Sequence record: SRR31156797_4473 | DNA: 51,999 bases | Reading direction: 5' to 3' (one strand) | Shown here: positions 19,475 to 29,776 of the stretch, in pieces | How positions within the stretch are numbered: the first letter of the stretch is position 1 | How the letters are laid out: each line of letters starts with the position of its first letter | Notes under the pieces: model-generated | Database searches by the model: none | What the model saw: the letters and a program-made list of their open reading frames with translations, nothing else | What the model was told of the DNA's origin: nothing | Position numbers and translations under genes: made by a program

Positions 19475-20731
19475 ATGGAAAATCTGCAACAAAATGACAT
19501 TACAATTTATGAGCTTATACGCCAGGAGGAACTTCGGCAAGCTCAGAAAATCAGGATGATTGCATCTGAAAACTACGTTTCCTCTGCTGTCATGGAGGCT
19601 ACAGGATCGGTCTTTACCAATAAATATTCAGAGGGATACTCAGGAAAACGGTATTACGAAGGACAACAATACGTTGACCAGATTGAAGATCTCGCTATTG
19701 AACGTGCTAAAGACCTTTTTGGTGCTGAGCATGTAAATGTACAACCCTATTCCGGGTCACCAGCTAACTTAGCAGTCTATCTTGCTTTTTTGAAGCCTGG
19801 TGACACTATTCTTGGCATGGCCCTTCCACACGGCGGTCATCTGACCCATGGTTCCAAGGTTTCTATTTCTGGAAAATACTTCCAAGCCGAATCATATAGC
19901 CTCGACCAAGGTACAGGCAATCTGGATTACGAAGCAATCAGAACAAAAGCTAAGGCCTGCCAGCCTAAAATTCTGATTGCAGGACACTCCGCATATTCGA
20001 GAATTCCAGATTTCAGCGAATTTAGAAAGATCGCTGATGAAGTCGGTGCTTTGTTACTTGTAGACATGGCCCACTTTGCTGGATTGGTGGCAGGTGGTGC
20101 ACACCCTTCCCCAATCCCCTTTGCTGACGTAGTGACTACAACTACCCATAAATCACTTCGCGGCCCTAGGGGTGCAATGATCATGTGCAGGAAGGAACAT
20201 GCCCAGGCAATAGACAAAGCTGTTTTTCCTGGTATCCAAGGGGGGCCGCATAACAGCACAACGGCAGCCATAGCAGTTGCATTGAAAGAGGCTTCAACTG
20301 ATACTTTTAAAAACTATGCAGCACAGATTGTAGCCAATGCAAAAACACTGGCATCAACCTTACTTGACAAAGGTTTTAACCTCGTCACAGGAGGCACCGA
20401 CAATCACCTGCTATTGATAGATCTGACCAACAAAGGAGTAACCGGCAAGGTTGCAGCTAAGGCTCTTGATGCTGCAGGTATCGTACTTAACTACAACTCA
20501 GTACCTTTTGATACCCGTAAGCCTTTTGACCCCAGCGGTGTACGACTGGGAACGTCCGCTGTTACCTCTCGAGGTTTTAGCGAAAAAGAAATGGTTCAAA
20601 CGGGGAAATGGATTAACGCTATTGTCGCCGATCCTGAAAATATCAGCCTCCAACAGGAAATTGAAGCTAAGGTTTCCTCACTTTGCGCGCAATTTCCTGC
20701 TCCAGGCCTCGAACATTTAAGCAAAAGCTAA
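19475..20731 (+). CDS. glyA: Serine hydroxymethyltransferase
   Basis: IASENYVS, NKYSEGY, NVQPYSGSPAN, HGGHLTHG, TTTTHKSLRGPRG; AAGGAG RBS. Confidence 0.98.
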   Translation: MENLQQNDITIYELIRQEELRQAQKIRMIASENYVSSAVMEATGSVFTNKYSEGYSGKRYYEGQQYVDQIEDLAIERAKDLFGAEHVNVQPYSGSPANLAVYLAFLKPGDTILGMALPHGGHLTHGSKVSISGKYFQAESYSLDQGTGNLDYEAIRTKAKACQPKILIAGHSAYSRIPDFSEFRKIADEVGALLLVDMAHFAGLVAGGAHPSPIPFADVVTTTTHKSLRGPRGAMIMCRKEHAQAIDKAVFPGIQGGPHNSTTAAIAVALKEASTDTFKNYAAQIVANAKTLASTLLDKGFNLVTGGTDNHLLLIDLTNKGVTGKVAAKALDAAGIVLNYNSVPFDTRKPFDPSGVRLGTSAVTSRGFSEKEMVQTGKWINAIVADPENISLQQEIEAKVSSLCAQFPAPGLEHLSKS

Positions 20732-20748
20732 TATATACTTCCTCAATC

Positions 20749-20788
20749 AAAAAAAAAGAGGTCACCATCAGGTGACCTCTTTTTTTTT
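20749..20788. terminator. Bidirectional terminator between glyA and nuoN
   Basis: A-run, AGAGGTCACC-atca-GGTGACCTCT, T-run between convergent genes. Confidence 0.92.
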
Positions 20789-20822
20789 ACAATTTTACAG
20801 CAAAAAAGCCAAGCACTTCCCT

Positions 20823-22241
20823 TTACATAATAGTCTGCACTATGGTTCCAGCGGTTTCAATAACTTTGGCTGGCAATGCTCCCAGCAAGATAATCATTAT
20901 CACAAGGCTAATGCCTGTCATTTTAATTATAGGCTCGATATTAACATCTCTTACATCCGTGGGATCGTCTGTATAGGCTACTTTAACAACGGAAAGGTAG
21001 TAGTAGATAGCAATAGCGGTATTGATAGCTGCCAAAATAACGATGACGAGATGCCCATGCTCCAAAGCGGAAGTAAGGAGAAAAAATTTGCCCATAAATC
21101 CTACAAAAGGTGGGATACCAGCAAGGGCAAAAAGACTAACAGCCAGTACAACCGCGAGGAGAGGTTGCCTTTTGTGGAGCCCGGCAAGGTCGGAAATTGC
21201 AAGGTTTTCTCCATCACGTGAGACTTGGCAAATGACAAGAAAACAAGCAAGATTCATTAACACATATCCAGCAATGTAATAGACGGCTAATCCGTATCCA
21301 TTTGCGCCCATGGACAGTAACCCAAGCATAATAAAACCGGCATGAGATATACCTGAAAAACCAAGCATTCTTTTTATATCTGTCTGTACCAATGCACTTA
21401 GATTACCATAAAACATTGAGCAAACTGCTATAATCGAAAGAAGTTGGACAAGAAAATCTGGGTGGCCTGTAGGTAGGGTCATAAAACGAATTAAGAGAGC
21501 AACAGCACCGAGTTTAGGAACTGTAGCAATAAAGGATGTCGTCTCATTACTAGCCCCCTGATAAATATCAGGTACCCAAAAATGGAGTGGAAAGACACCG
21601 AGTTTGTAGAAGAAACCTGACATCACTAAAAGGACGGCGATAAGTACAGCAGGCTGACCTACCATATTTGTCAAAGCGGGTATTATATCGACAAGATAGG
21701 TTGACCCTGTAAGGCCAAAAAGGTAACTCATCCCATATAGTAGGAACCCGGTAGCCATAACTCCAAAGAGAATGTATTTAATACCAGCTTCCATCTGTAC
21801 CCTGATACCGGTCCGATCATCGCGGAGAGGGACTAGCAAATAAAGGGCAAAAGAAGAGAGTTCCAGTGAAATAAAAATGGCAATGAGTTCGACCGAACTC
21901 ACTAACATCATTAGCCCAAGTACACTCAGCAGTAGAAACATACTGTATTCAGGTCTGACTTCATCGCTAATCCCCTTCAAGTGTTGTCCGAATATAACAA
22001 CAATAACAAAGGCGAAGCTGATCAGTAATTTGAACATCTGCGAATAGCTGTCTACAATATAGGAACCATAAAACAAGGTTGCCTGTTGGGAAAAGGTCAG
22101 GCACACGGTAATAAAAGCCAGGAGACCAATAACCATACCGCTATATCGCTGCAGCCGAATATCAGGTGTTTTAAAAAGGCTGACGACAAAATAAAAGAGT
22201 GCGCCTGCGGTCAGCACAAGTTCAGGTAAAATAGCCATCAT
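20823..22241 (-). CDS. nuoN: Complex I-like subunit N
   Basis: ELSSFALYLL, EAGIKYIL, FKLG-like YKLGVFPLHFWVPDIYQGA, KRMLGFSGISHAG, LAGIPPFVGFMGKF. Confidence 0.93.
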   Translation of the reverse strand: MMAILPELVLTAGALFYFVVSLFKTPDIRLQRYSGMVIGLLAFITVCLTFSQQATLFYGSYIVDSYSQMFKLLISFAFVIVVIFGQHLKGISDEVRPEYSMFLLLSVLGLMMLVSSVELIAIFISLELSSFALYLLVPLRDDRTGIRVQMEAGIKYILFGVMATGFLLYGMSYLFGLTGSTYLVDIIPALTNMVGQPAVLIAVLLVMSGFFYKLGVFPLHFWVPDIYQGASNETTSFIATVPKLGAVALLIRFMTLPTGHPDFLVQLLSIIAVCSMFYGNLSALVQTDIKRMLGFSGISHAGFIMLGLLSMGANGYGLAVYYIAGYVLMNLACFLVICQVSRDGENLAISDLAGLHKRQPLLAVVLAVSLFALAGIPPFVGFMGKFFLLTSALEHGHLVIVILAAINTAIAIYYYLSVVKVAYTDDPTDVRDVNIEPIIKMTGISLVIMIILLGALPAKVIETAGTIVQTIM

Positions 22242-22326
22242 AAAAAAGCCTTACTTAATTGTTCATCTACGTTGTCCTGAATCATTTCAGGACTCAAGGT
22301 AAATTCATGCATATTGTCTTGTTGGG

Positions 22327-23838
22327 TTAAAATTTGACCAGTGCAACACTCTGTTGCTGCCATTGCTGCAATTGATCAAGCAAATGAGCGACAGAAGGGT
22401 GAATAAGGTCAATAAACGGTTGTGGTCCCAAACCGATCCAGAAGACGAAAGCAAGGAAGGGTGCCAGTATAATTATTTCTCGGGGGCAAAGATCAGTAAG
22501 GTAAGACTGGTCCGGATTATTAGTCCCACCCCAGACAATTTTCTGCAACATGCGAAGCATATATGCTGCAGCAAGCACAGCACCAGGAATTGCAGCTAAT
22601 GCCAGTATTATATTGAATTCAAATGTGCCTGCGAGAACCAGGAATTCACCGATAAAAGAGTTTGTTCCTGGAAAGCCAAAGGAAGAGAGAGAGAAAAAGA
22701 CCAGAAATGTAGCATACCATGGCATATAACGCCCTACCCCGGCAGCTACACTCAGCTCTCGACTGTGCGTCCTTTCGTAGATCATACCTACACAGAGAAA
22801 GAGCGCTCCAGTGGTTACACCATGGTTGATCATCTGCAGGATAGCCCCTTCAACACCTTTGGTGTTAAGAACAAAAATACCCAGGGTAACGAATCCCATA
22901 TGCCCAACCGAAGAATAGGCAATCAACTTCTTCATATCATGCTGAGCAAGTGCTGTGAATCCTCCATAAAGAATTCCAGCTATGGAAAGCCAAAGAATAT
23001 AAGGCGCTAATAAAAACGTAGCTTCAGGTGTAATGGGCAGGCAAAATCGTAACATGCCGTAGGTTCCCATTTTCAAGAGTACCGATGCAAGGATGACTGA
23101 TCCGGCAGTCGGTGCCTCTACGTGGGCAGCCGGCAGCCAGGTGTGAAATGGAAACATGGGTACCTTGATTGCAAATGCAAGGAAAAAAGCAAGGAACACC
23201 AATGTTTGGAAAAGAGTAGAATGGTTATTCCACATCATATCAGGGATAAAGAAACTACCCGTTTTCAAATATAATGCGATAATTGCTACCAAAAGGAGTA
23301 CTGAGCCTGCCAGGGTATAAAGAAAAAACTTTATAGAAGCATAAACTTTACGAGGTCCGCCCCAGACAGCAATCATCAGATACATGGGAATGAGCATAAA
23401 TTCCCACAAGATGTAAAAAAGAACAAAGTCAAGAGCAACAAAAACACCAATCATAGCTGTCTCCATTATCAGGAGACAAAACATGAAGGAAGTAACCCTG
23501 GTGGAAATATAATTCCATGAAGCCAGCACACAGAACGGCATTATAAAGGTGGTTAAGATAACCAACAGTATCGATATCCCGTCTACTCCAACAATATAAT
23601 TAATATTGAGTTGGGGTATCCATGCATAAAGTTCTGCAAACTGATATTTGGCAGTCGTGCTGTCAAAACCAATAAGAAGTGGAATCGAAAAAACCGCTGT
23701 CAGCGTAGTAACAACTAGAGTCCATATCTTAGCAAAAGAGTCCTTGGGGTTAATAAGCAGTACAAGGGCTCCAGCAAGCGGGAAAAAAATAAGGAAACTG
23801 AGCAGAGGAAAGCCCTCTTTTATAAGTAGTACGTCCAT
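22327..23838 (-). CDS. nuoM: Complex I-like subunit M
   Basis: GVDGISILL, WEFMLIPMY, KFFLYTLAGS, AIKVPMFPFHTWLPAAHVEAP, KKLIAYSSVGHMG. Confidence 0.95.
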   Translation of the reverse strand: MDVLLIKEGFPLLSFLIFFPLAGALVLLINPKDSFAKIWTLVVTTLTAVFSIPLLIGFDSTTAKYQFAELYAWIPQLNINYIVGVDGISILLVILTTFIMPFCVLASWNYISTRVTSFMFCLLIMETAMIGVFVALDFVLFYILWEFMLIPMYLMIAVWGGPRKVYASIKFFLYTLAGSVLLLVAIIALYLKTGSFFIPDMMWNNHSTLFQTLVFLAFFLAFAIKVPMFPFHTWLPAAHVEAPTAGSVILASVLLKMGTYGMLRFCLPITPEATFLLAPYILWLSIAGILYGGFTALAQHDMKKLIAYSSVGHMGFVTLGIFVLNTKGVEGAILQMINHGVTTGALFLCVGMIYERTHSRELSVAAGVGRYMPWYATFLVFFSLSSFGFPGTNSFIGEFLVLAGTFEFNIILALAAIPGAVLAAAYMLRMLQKIVWGGTNNPDQSYLTDLCPREIIILAPFLAFVFWIGLGPQPFIDLIHPSVAHLLDQLQQWQQQSVALVKF

Positions 23839-23850
23839 TCCTCCTTCCCC

Positions 23851-25641
23851 TTAATATAAATGATATAAAATGAATGTTATAACAACAACGGCAGCAAAAC
23901 TGGCTGCGTAAAACAATACGTATTGAATCTGTCCACTTTGTAGTACTCTAACTTTTCCTCCAAGAGCTCTTACAGAGCGGGCCAGACCATCGACAACACC
24001 ATCAATACCGTGCCAATCAAACCAAGCCCAAAATTTACTCAGTGTCATCAAGGATCGAAGACCTACAGCATTATAGGCTTCTCCCCATGCTGTATCAAAC
24101 CACTGAATCGGATATTTGCACAACCACATGAAGCACCTACCAAGTTGTCGATACAACCAATCAACATCCAGGCAGATTTTATCAACCGGTGTCATCAATC
24201 CTTTGAGTAGGAAGAAAGCAAGAGCAGCAAATCCAAGGAGTTGCAAGGTCTCAGCAAGATGGTAAGCAGTAAATGGATTGTAATCTACAGGGTACGGCAG
24301 CATGGAATAGAGAAAACCAGGAGCAGAACCTACAAGAAAACAAAGAGTAGCACCCAAGGCCATGGCAATCATCATATTGACGGGTGGATCACCTGCGCGT
24401 TCCCAGGTTTCATCGCTGCAATTATTTTTTCCAAAAAAGAGAAAATAAGGCAATTTCAAACCATTGTAAATAAAGGTGCCGGTTGCCCCAAACATTAACA
24501 ACCAAGAAGCTACGTAAAGGTGTTCCTCAAACCCTGCTGTGATGATCATGGATTTGGAAACGTAGGCTGCAAAGTACGGTGCTGCTGAGATCGACAGGCA
24601 CCCTATAATAGTAAAGAACAGGGTTACCGGCATTTTTTTGTATAAGCCGCCCAGTTCGGTGAATTTGGTTTTGCCAGTCATATACAATACAGAGCCGGTA
24701 CCCATGAAAAGCAAACTCTTGTAGAGGATATGGACAACAGCATGGGCAGTCGCACCATTTATGGCTAAATCGGTTCCAATGCCGACCCCCGCCACCATAT
24801 ACCCGACTTGGGAGACAATGGACCACGCTAGTAACTTGCGGATATCATTCTCCATTATCGCGTATATCACGCCGTAAAGAGCCATGGCCACGCCAAGAAT
24901 AATAAGTATATCCATTCCTGCACATGCTCTGGCCAAAGTATAGACTGCTGTTTTGGTGGTAAAGGCGCACATGAATACTGCGCCATTAAAGGAGGCTTCG
25001 CTATATGCTTCTGGGAGCCAGGAATGCAGCGGGACAACAGCTGCGTTCAGAGCAAAACCGATCATAATAAGCCAAGTATAAAGTTCAGGGTGGGCAACAT
25101 CCATAAGATCAAAGGAGATATTGCCGACAGCCTGATATCGCAGCATTATACCGGCCAACAAGATAATTCCGCCGATAGTGTGAATGAGCAAGTATCGGTA
25201 TCCAATGCGCAAGCTGCCTTTCCCTCTGCGAAACCAGATAAGAAAAACCGAAGCAAAGGCCATCATCTCCCAGAAAAAGAATAGGCTGAGATAATCACCG
25301 CAGTAAATCGTTCCTAAAGAACCGGCCACATAAAACCATGCTGCAATATGTTCACCAGCCTTCTCTACATGTAATCCGTATAGTGTACCTATGACAGCCA
25401 TCAAAGCCATGATGCAGGCAAAGACTGTAGAAAGCTTGTCGACCCGGCCAAAAACCAGTTCCCAGTCCATAAAACGATAAACGCCAAAGGTATCAGAGAG
25501 ACCGGTGTTGAGCATTACTGCACCGAGAGCCAGAAGCGGTACGAGAAAAAGATAGGGTTTGCGCAAAGGTCCTCTAACAAACGGTAAGATCAGGGCACCG
25601 GCTATCAGAAGTAATGATGGATGAATAAAGCTGCTTGTCAT
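23851..25641 (-). CDS. Antiporter-like subunit (MrpD/NuoL-type) with NuoL-like C-terminal helix
   Basis: FFWEMMA, PLHSWLPEAY, RKLLAWSIVSQVGYM, KSLLFMGTG; C-terminus GIDGVVDGLAR...LQSGQIQY resembles the end of NuoL. Confidence 0.85.
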   Translation of the reverse strand: MTSSFIHPSLLLIAGALILPFVRGPLRKPYLFLVPLLALGAVMLNTGLSDTFGVYRFMDWELVFGRVDKLSTVFACIMALMAVIGTLYGLHVEKAGEHIAAWFYVAGSLGTIYCGDYLSLFFFWEMMAFASVFLIWFRRGKGSLRIGYRYLLIHTIGGIILLAGIMLRYQAVGNISFDLMDVAHPELYTWLIMIGFALNAAVVPLHSWLPEAYSEASFNGAVFMCAFTTKTAVYTLARACAGMDILIILGVAMALYGVIYAIMENDIRKLLAWSIVSQVGYMVAGVGIGTDLAINGATAHAVVHILYKSLLFMGTGSVLYMTGKTKFTELGGLYKKMPVTLFFTIIGCLSISAAPYFAAYVSKSMIITAGFEEHLYVASWLLMFGATGTFIYNGLKLPYFLFFGKNNCSDETWERAGDPPVNMMIAMALGATLCFLVGSAPGFLYSMLPYPVDYNPFTAYHLAETLQLLGFAALAFFLLKGLMTPVDKICLDVDWLYRQLGRCFMWLCKYPIQWFDTAWGEAYNAVGLRSLMTLSKFWAWFDWHGIDGVVDGLARSVRALGGKVRVLQSGQIQYVLFYAASFAAVVVITFILYHLY

Positions 25642-25922
25642 TTTTCTTCCTCGTTGCAGTTGTTACCTGTGCAACAATCGTAAAAATCAGTCCGTACCTG
25701 AAGCCCGGCACGACCAAGCAATCGAGCAACAACAATGATAACCGCTGCTGCGGTAATCCCAAATATTGACCAAAACGCAGGTATATGCTGTTCTGCCCAC
25801 GAATGGGCATGACTTGTATCGAGACCAAAAGCAGCATAACCGACAATGGCAGCAAGGATGCCGTAACATATCCCTACCAAAAATTTGATGTGTGTTTGTA
25901 AATAATCAATAAGTTGTGTCAT
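25638..25922 (-). CDS. Small two-TM membrane protein within the complex I-like operon
   Basis: 94 aa with two hydrophobic segments; ATGA overlaps with both neighbours. Confidence 0.75.
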   Translation of the reverse strand: MTQLIDYLQTHIKFLVGICYGILAAIVGYAAFGLDTSHAHSWAEQHIPAFWSIFGITAAAVIIVVARLLGRAGLQVRTDFYDCCTGNNCNEEEK

Positions 25923-27412
25923 CCTGTCACCATCTTCACAAATTGCATCATAAAGCCGGGAAAGATACCGATAATCACAGAAACTGTAACTGCGATAAGA
26001 ATTGGAATTAACATACTGAGCGGTGCTTCCTTAATACCTGTCTCAACTTCCCCTTCAGGTCGTTTGCCAAAAAATGCCTTATATGTTACCGGCGCAAAAT
26101 AGCCAACATTAAGTACTGTAGAAGCGATAAGTATGAGAAGTATCCCTACCTGATGCGCTTCCATTGAACCAACAAGCAGATACCATTTCGTTACAAAGCC
26201 AGCGACAGGCGGCGCACCGATCATAGAAAGAGAGGCCACTGCAAAGGCACCAAACGTAAATGGCATTGTCCTCCCCAACCCACTCATTTCTGAGATATAT
26301 TTTTTATGGGAGGCGATATAAATGGCTCCGGCACAGAAGAATAGCGTGATCTTGGAAAAGGCGTGATTAACAATATGAATCAGACCACCGTCTATTGCGT
26401 GGGGGGTGAGTAATGCTACTCCAAGAATAATATAGGACAACTGACTAACCGTGGAATAGGCAAGCCTTGCTTTCAGATTATCCTTGGACAGTGCAATAAC
26501 CGAGGCCATGATAATGGTAAACCCAACAAAGTAAGCCGTGGGAATCCCAAGATTGAGCATGTTCATGGTATCTACACCAAACACATACAGCATGGTTCTG
26601 GTTGTGCAGAACACACCTACCTTAACAACGGCAACAGCATGAAGAAGTGCGGACACTGGTGTTGGTGCAACCATTGCTCCAGGGAGCCAGTGGTGGAAAG
26701 GCATCACTCCGTTTTTGGCAAAACCAAAAAAACAGAACACATAAAGCATTACCACAACCCACCCTTTGGTATCAGCAGGGATAATGCCAGTGAATATGTT
26801 GTGTGGAAAATCGAGGTTACCTACCAGTACATAGATAAGAATAAGCGCTGGCAGCAAAAAGAACTTAGCAGTTGTTGTCAGGTAAACAATGTATTTCCTG
26901 GCCCCATCATATGATTCCTTATCTTGGTGATGGGCAACAAGAGGATACGTACAAACAGATACTATTTCATAAAAGAGATAAAGGGTGAAAAGGTTATCTG
27001 ATAACGCCACGCCGATCGCTCCGAATATGGCAAGAGCAAAGCAGGCATTAAATCGAGTCTGGCATGGTTCATCATGGGCTCTCATATATCCCATTGAATA
27101 AAAAACCGCGATCATCCATAACGAGGAGGCCACCAAAGCAAAGATCATCGAGAAACCATCGGCACGAAGAGTGACCGATAGTCCAGGCAAAATCTTGAAT
27201 ATGGGGAAGACCAGTGTTGATCCGGCTTTCAGGGCAGGGATAAAGGAGAGGACAACGATAAAAAGCAGTACCGAAGCACTACAGGAAATAGCTTCCCGCA
27301 AATTCGGGTTGTTTTTCATCGTCATAACCACCAGGCTCCCGATGAGCGGGATTATCACTGCCAGCAACAGACATGAATTTTCAACAATATTGGTAGTGGA
27401 AACAGCGTCCAT
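25919..27412 (-). CDS. Monovalent cation/H+ antiporter subunit D-like (MrpD/NuoL-M-N family) subunit
   Basis: LFYEIVS, PFHHWLPGAMVAPTPVSALLHAVAVVK, KARLAYSTVSQLSYI, NHAFSKITLFF. Confidence 0.88.
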   Translation of the reverse strand: MDAVSTTNIVENSCLLLAVIIPLIGSLVVMTMKNNPNLREAISCSASVLLFIVVLSFIPALKAGSTLVFPIFKILPGLSVTLRADGFSMIFALVASSLWMIAVFYSMGYMRAHDEPCQTRFNACFALAIFGAIGVALSDNLFTLYLFYEIVSVCTYPLVAHHQDKESYDGARKYIVYLTTTAKFFLLPALILIYVLVGNLDFPHNIFTGIIPADTKGWVVVMLYVFCFFGFAKNGVMPFHHWLPGAMVAPTPVSALLHAVAVVKVGVFCTTRTMLYVFGVDTMNMLNLGIPTAYFVGFTIIMASVIALSKDNLKARLAYSTVSQLSYIILGVALLTPHAIDGGLIHIVNHAFSKITLFFCAGAIYIASHKKYISEMSGLGRTMPFTFGAFAVASLSMIGAPPVAGFVTKWYLLVGSMEAHQVGILLILIASTVLNVGYFAPVTYKAFFGKRPEGEVETGIKEAPLSMLIPILIAVTVSVIIGIFPGFMMQFVKMVTG

Positions 27413-27428
27413 GGTGTTTTATCTCCGA

Positions 27429-27755
27429 TTACCCCTGTAGATCGCCAAGATCTTCAACATCAATTGATTTATAGTTTCGGTAGACAGCGATCACGATACT
27501 GATAGCTATAGAAGCTTCTGCCGCAGCAATAGCCATTATAAACAGTGTGAAAATCTGCCCAATAGCTGGGTCAGGTGCAAGAAACCGGTTAAAGGCCATG
27601 AAATTGGTTGAGGCGGCAGCCAAAATAAACTCTGATGAGATAAGCATGCCGATAATAGTCCTACGCACTATCAAACCGTAGACCCCGAATCCAAAGAGTA
27701 ATGCACCAAGGACTAAGTAGGTTTGAAGGCAGTTATAGAGATTCAGCAGTACCAT
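27429..27755 (-). CDS. nuoK: Complex I-like subunit K
   Basis: GVYGLIVRR, SEFIL, IAAAEASIAISIV; position after nuoJ. Confidence 0.92.
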   Translation of the reverse strand: MVLLNLYNCLQTYLVLGALLFGFGVYGLIVRRTIIGMLISSEFILAAASTNFMAFNRFLAPDPAIGQIFTLFIMAIAAAEASIAISIVIAVYRNYKSIDVEDLGDLQG

Positions 27756-27758
27756 GTG

Positions 27759-28319
27759 CTAATTCCTCCCTCTTCGTGCGAGTACCAACGCACCAATAAT
27801 AGCAAGCAGCAAGACAATAGAAATTAATTCAAAGACCATAGAATGTGTCGTGAGCAGTGCCTTGCCAACCGACTCTATATCACCACTTGCATTTTCAGGA
27901 CGAGGAAAAGCATGCCACTGAGTTTTGAGCCCGAGAATCGAAAACCCAGCGAAAAAAAGTGCACCAACGCTACATCCTAAAGGGCCTGCGAGTTTAGAAA
28001 TGTGTTTATTGCCGGGGGCGTCCTGTTGTTCGGGAGTCGACATCATGATACCAAAGGCAATTAAAATTGACACAGCACCTACATAAATCAGGAGTTGCAT
28101 CATTGCCAAAAAAGGGCTGAGCAAAAAGTAGTAAACACCGGCAAGTCCGGTAAAACAAATAGCAAGTCCGGACACTGCTCGTACCAGTCGGTGCGAGTTA
28201 ACCGCAACGAATGCCCCGAAAACTACAAGAGCAACAGTTAGCAGAAATATAATACCGACGATCCCCTCTATTGAAAAAAGAGTTGGATTTGGAGTCGGCG
28301 AAAAAACAAGTGGTTGCAT
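27759..28319 (-). CDS. nuoJ: Complex I-like subunit J
   Basis: QLLIYVGAVSILIAFGIMM, FELISIVLLLAIIGALVLAR. Confidence 0.92.
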   Translation of the reverse strand: MQPLVFSPTPNPTLFSIEGIVGIIFLLTVALVVFGAFVAVNSHRLVRAVSGLAICFTGLAGVYYFLLSPFLAMMQLLIYVGAVSILIAFGIMMSTPEQQDAPGNKHISKLAGPLGCSVGALFFAGFSILGLKTQWHAFPRPENASGDIESVGKALLTTHSMVFELISIVLLLAIIGALVLARRGRN

Positions 28320-28759
28320 CAGTTTTGATCCTCCAATCGCTTGACCAGGTCGATGATAAAATCATCTTTATTAAAACTGACAAGGTTGTATTCCTTGGAA
28401 AAACGAAGAGCATTGAATTTACAGCTCTCTACACACGATCCGCATAAACTGCATTTCGTAAAATCAAGGACGTACTTGGTCAGCGTCTTTTTTTTATCAC
28501 CCTCCATTTTTTTTCCCGCAAGTGAGATACAGCCTGAGGGGCAGGCCCTCTGACAGGCCATGCAGGCAATACAGTTTGGCTTACCGGTCTCCTCATTGGC
28601 AATGAGTTCTACATGTCCCCGAAAGAGTTCTGTCATTTCCGGAACTTCATAGGGATAATTCTCAGTCACCACAGGACTAAAAAATTGACGCGCCGTAATC
28701 ATTAATCCAGTTACCAGGCTTTTGCTGCCAACCAGAATATCACTCCAATATCCACTCAT
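28319..28759 (-). CDS. nuoI: Complex I-like subunit I (2x[4Fe-4S])
   Basis: VTENYPYE, FRG, CIACMACQRACP, CSLCGSCVESC. Confidence 0.93.
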   Translation of the reverse strand: MSGYWSDILVGSKSLVTGLMITARQFFSPVVTENYPYEVPEMTELFRGHVELIANEETGKPNCIACMACQRACPSGCISLAGKKMEGDKKKTLTKYVLDFTKCSLCGSCVESCKFNALRFSKEYNLVSFNKDDFIIDLVKRLEDQN

Positions 28760-28761
28760 AA

Positions 28762-29754
28762 TTAAAATACCTTGATGAGTGCCGCTGTAACCAGCACATT
28801 GACAAGGGAAAACGGAATAAGAATTTTCCAGGAAAGATTTAACAACCTATAGATTTGTGTCCTAGGGTAGGTCCAACGGACCCAAATAACAGTGAAGATA
28901 AGAATATAAATCTTCAGCAGGAACCACCACACACCAGGGGTTTGACCAAAGGGGCAGTCCCAGCCACCTAAAAATAACGTTGCAGTTAGGCAGGCCCCAA
29001 CAACAATATTGAGGTATTCACCCATCATGAACAGACCAAATCCCATGGACCCGTATTCAGTCATATAACCAGCGACGAGCTCACTTTCGGCTTCTGCCAT
29101 ATCAAAAGGGGCACGGTTGGTCTCGGCCAGGGAACAGATGAAAAAGATAATGAAACCTATCCACATATAGAGGAAATGGCCATTCTCGAATCTGAATATA
29201 TTCCAATGCCAAAAGCCGCCCTGCTGATCTATTGCAATATCTCTCAGGTTCATGGACCCGGATATCATAACAATGACAATCACCGTCAGCAGCATTGGAA
29301 TCTCATACGCAAGATTCTGCGAGACTGCACGAGCAGATGATATAATTGCATACTTATTTCCAGATGCCCACCCACCGAGAAGAACAGCTATCATGGAAAG
29401 CGAGGCCAGGGCAAATATGAGGAGCACAGAAAGTTCCATGGACCTTGCCTGGATATCACCTGAAAATGGTATAACAACCATGGAGGTGATGGCTGGTATC
29501 ATTGCAATTATAGGTGCTACACGGAAAATTATACCGTCAACACCCTGGGGTACCATAAGCTGCTTTGTCATCAGCTTGATACCATCTGCCAAAGGCTGCA
29601 GTAAACCCGCAAAACCTACTTCCGTAGGCCCGGGACGCCGCTGGATTCGACCAGCACCTTTTCGTTCACACCAGCCAAGGTAGGCAGCATTAAGGCCGGC
29701 AAAGGCCATTATGCCAACCAAATACAAAATTGGACGCCAGATACTTGTTTCCAT
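28762..29754 (-). CDS. nuoH: Complex I-like subunit H
   Basis: ERKGAGRIQRRPGP, GLLQPLADGIKL, LAETNRAPFDMAEAESELVAG. Confidence 0.96.
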   Translation of the reverse strand: METSIWRPILYLVGIMAFAGLNAAYLGWCERKGAGRIQRRPGPTEVGFAGLLQPLADGIKLMTKQLMVPQGVDGIIFRVAPIIAMIPAITSMVVIPFSGDIQARSMELSVLLIFALASLSMIAVLLGGWASGNKYAIISSARAVSQNLAYEIPMLLTVIVIVMISGSMNLRDIAIDQQGGFWHWNIFRFENGHFLYMWIGFIIFFICSLAETNRAPFDMAEAESELVAGYMTEYGSMGFGLFMMGEYLNIVVGACLTATLFLGGWDCPFGQTPGVWWFLLKIYILIFTVIWVRWTYPRTQIYRLLNLSWKILIPFSLVNVLVTAALIKVF

Positions 29755-29776
29755 AGGTAATTGTAATTGTGGTTAC

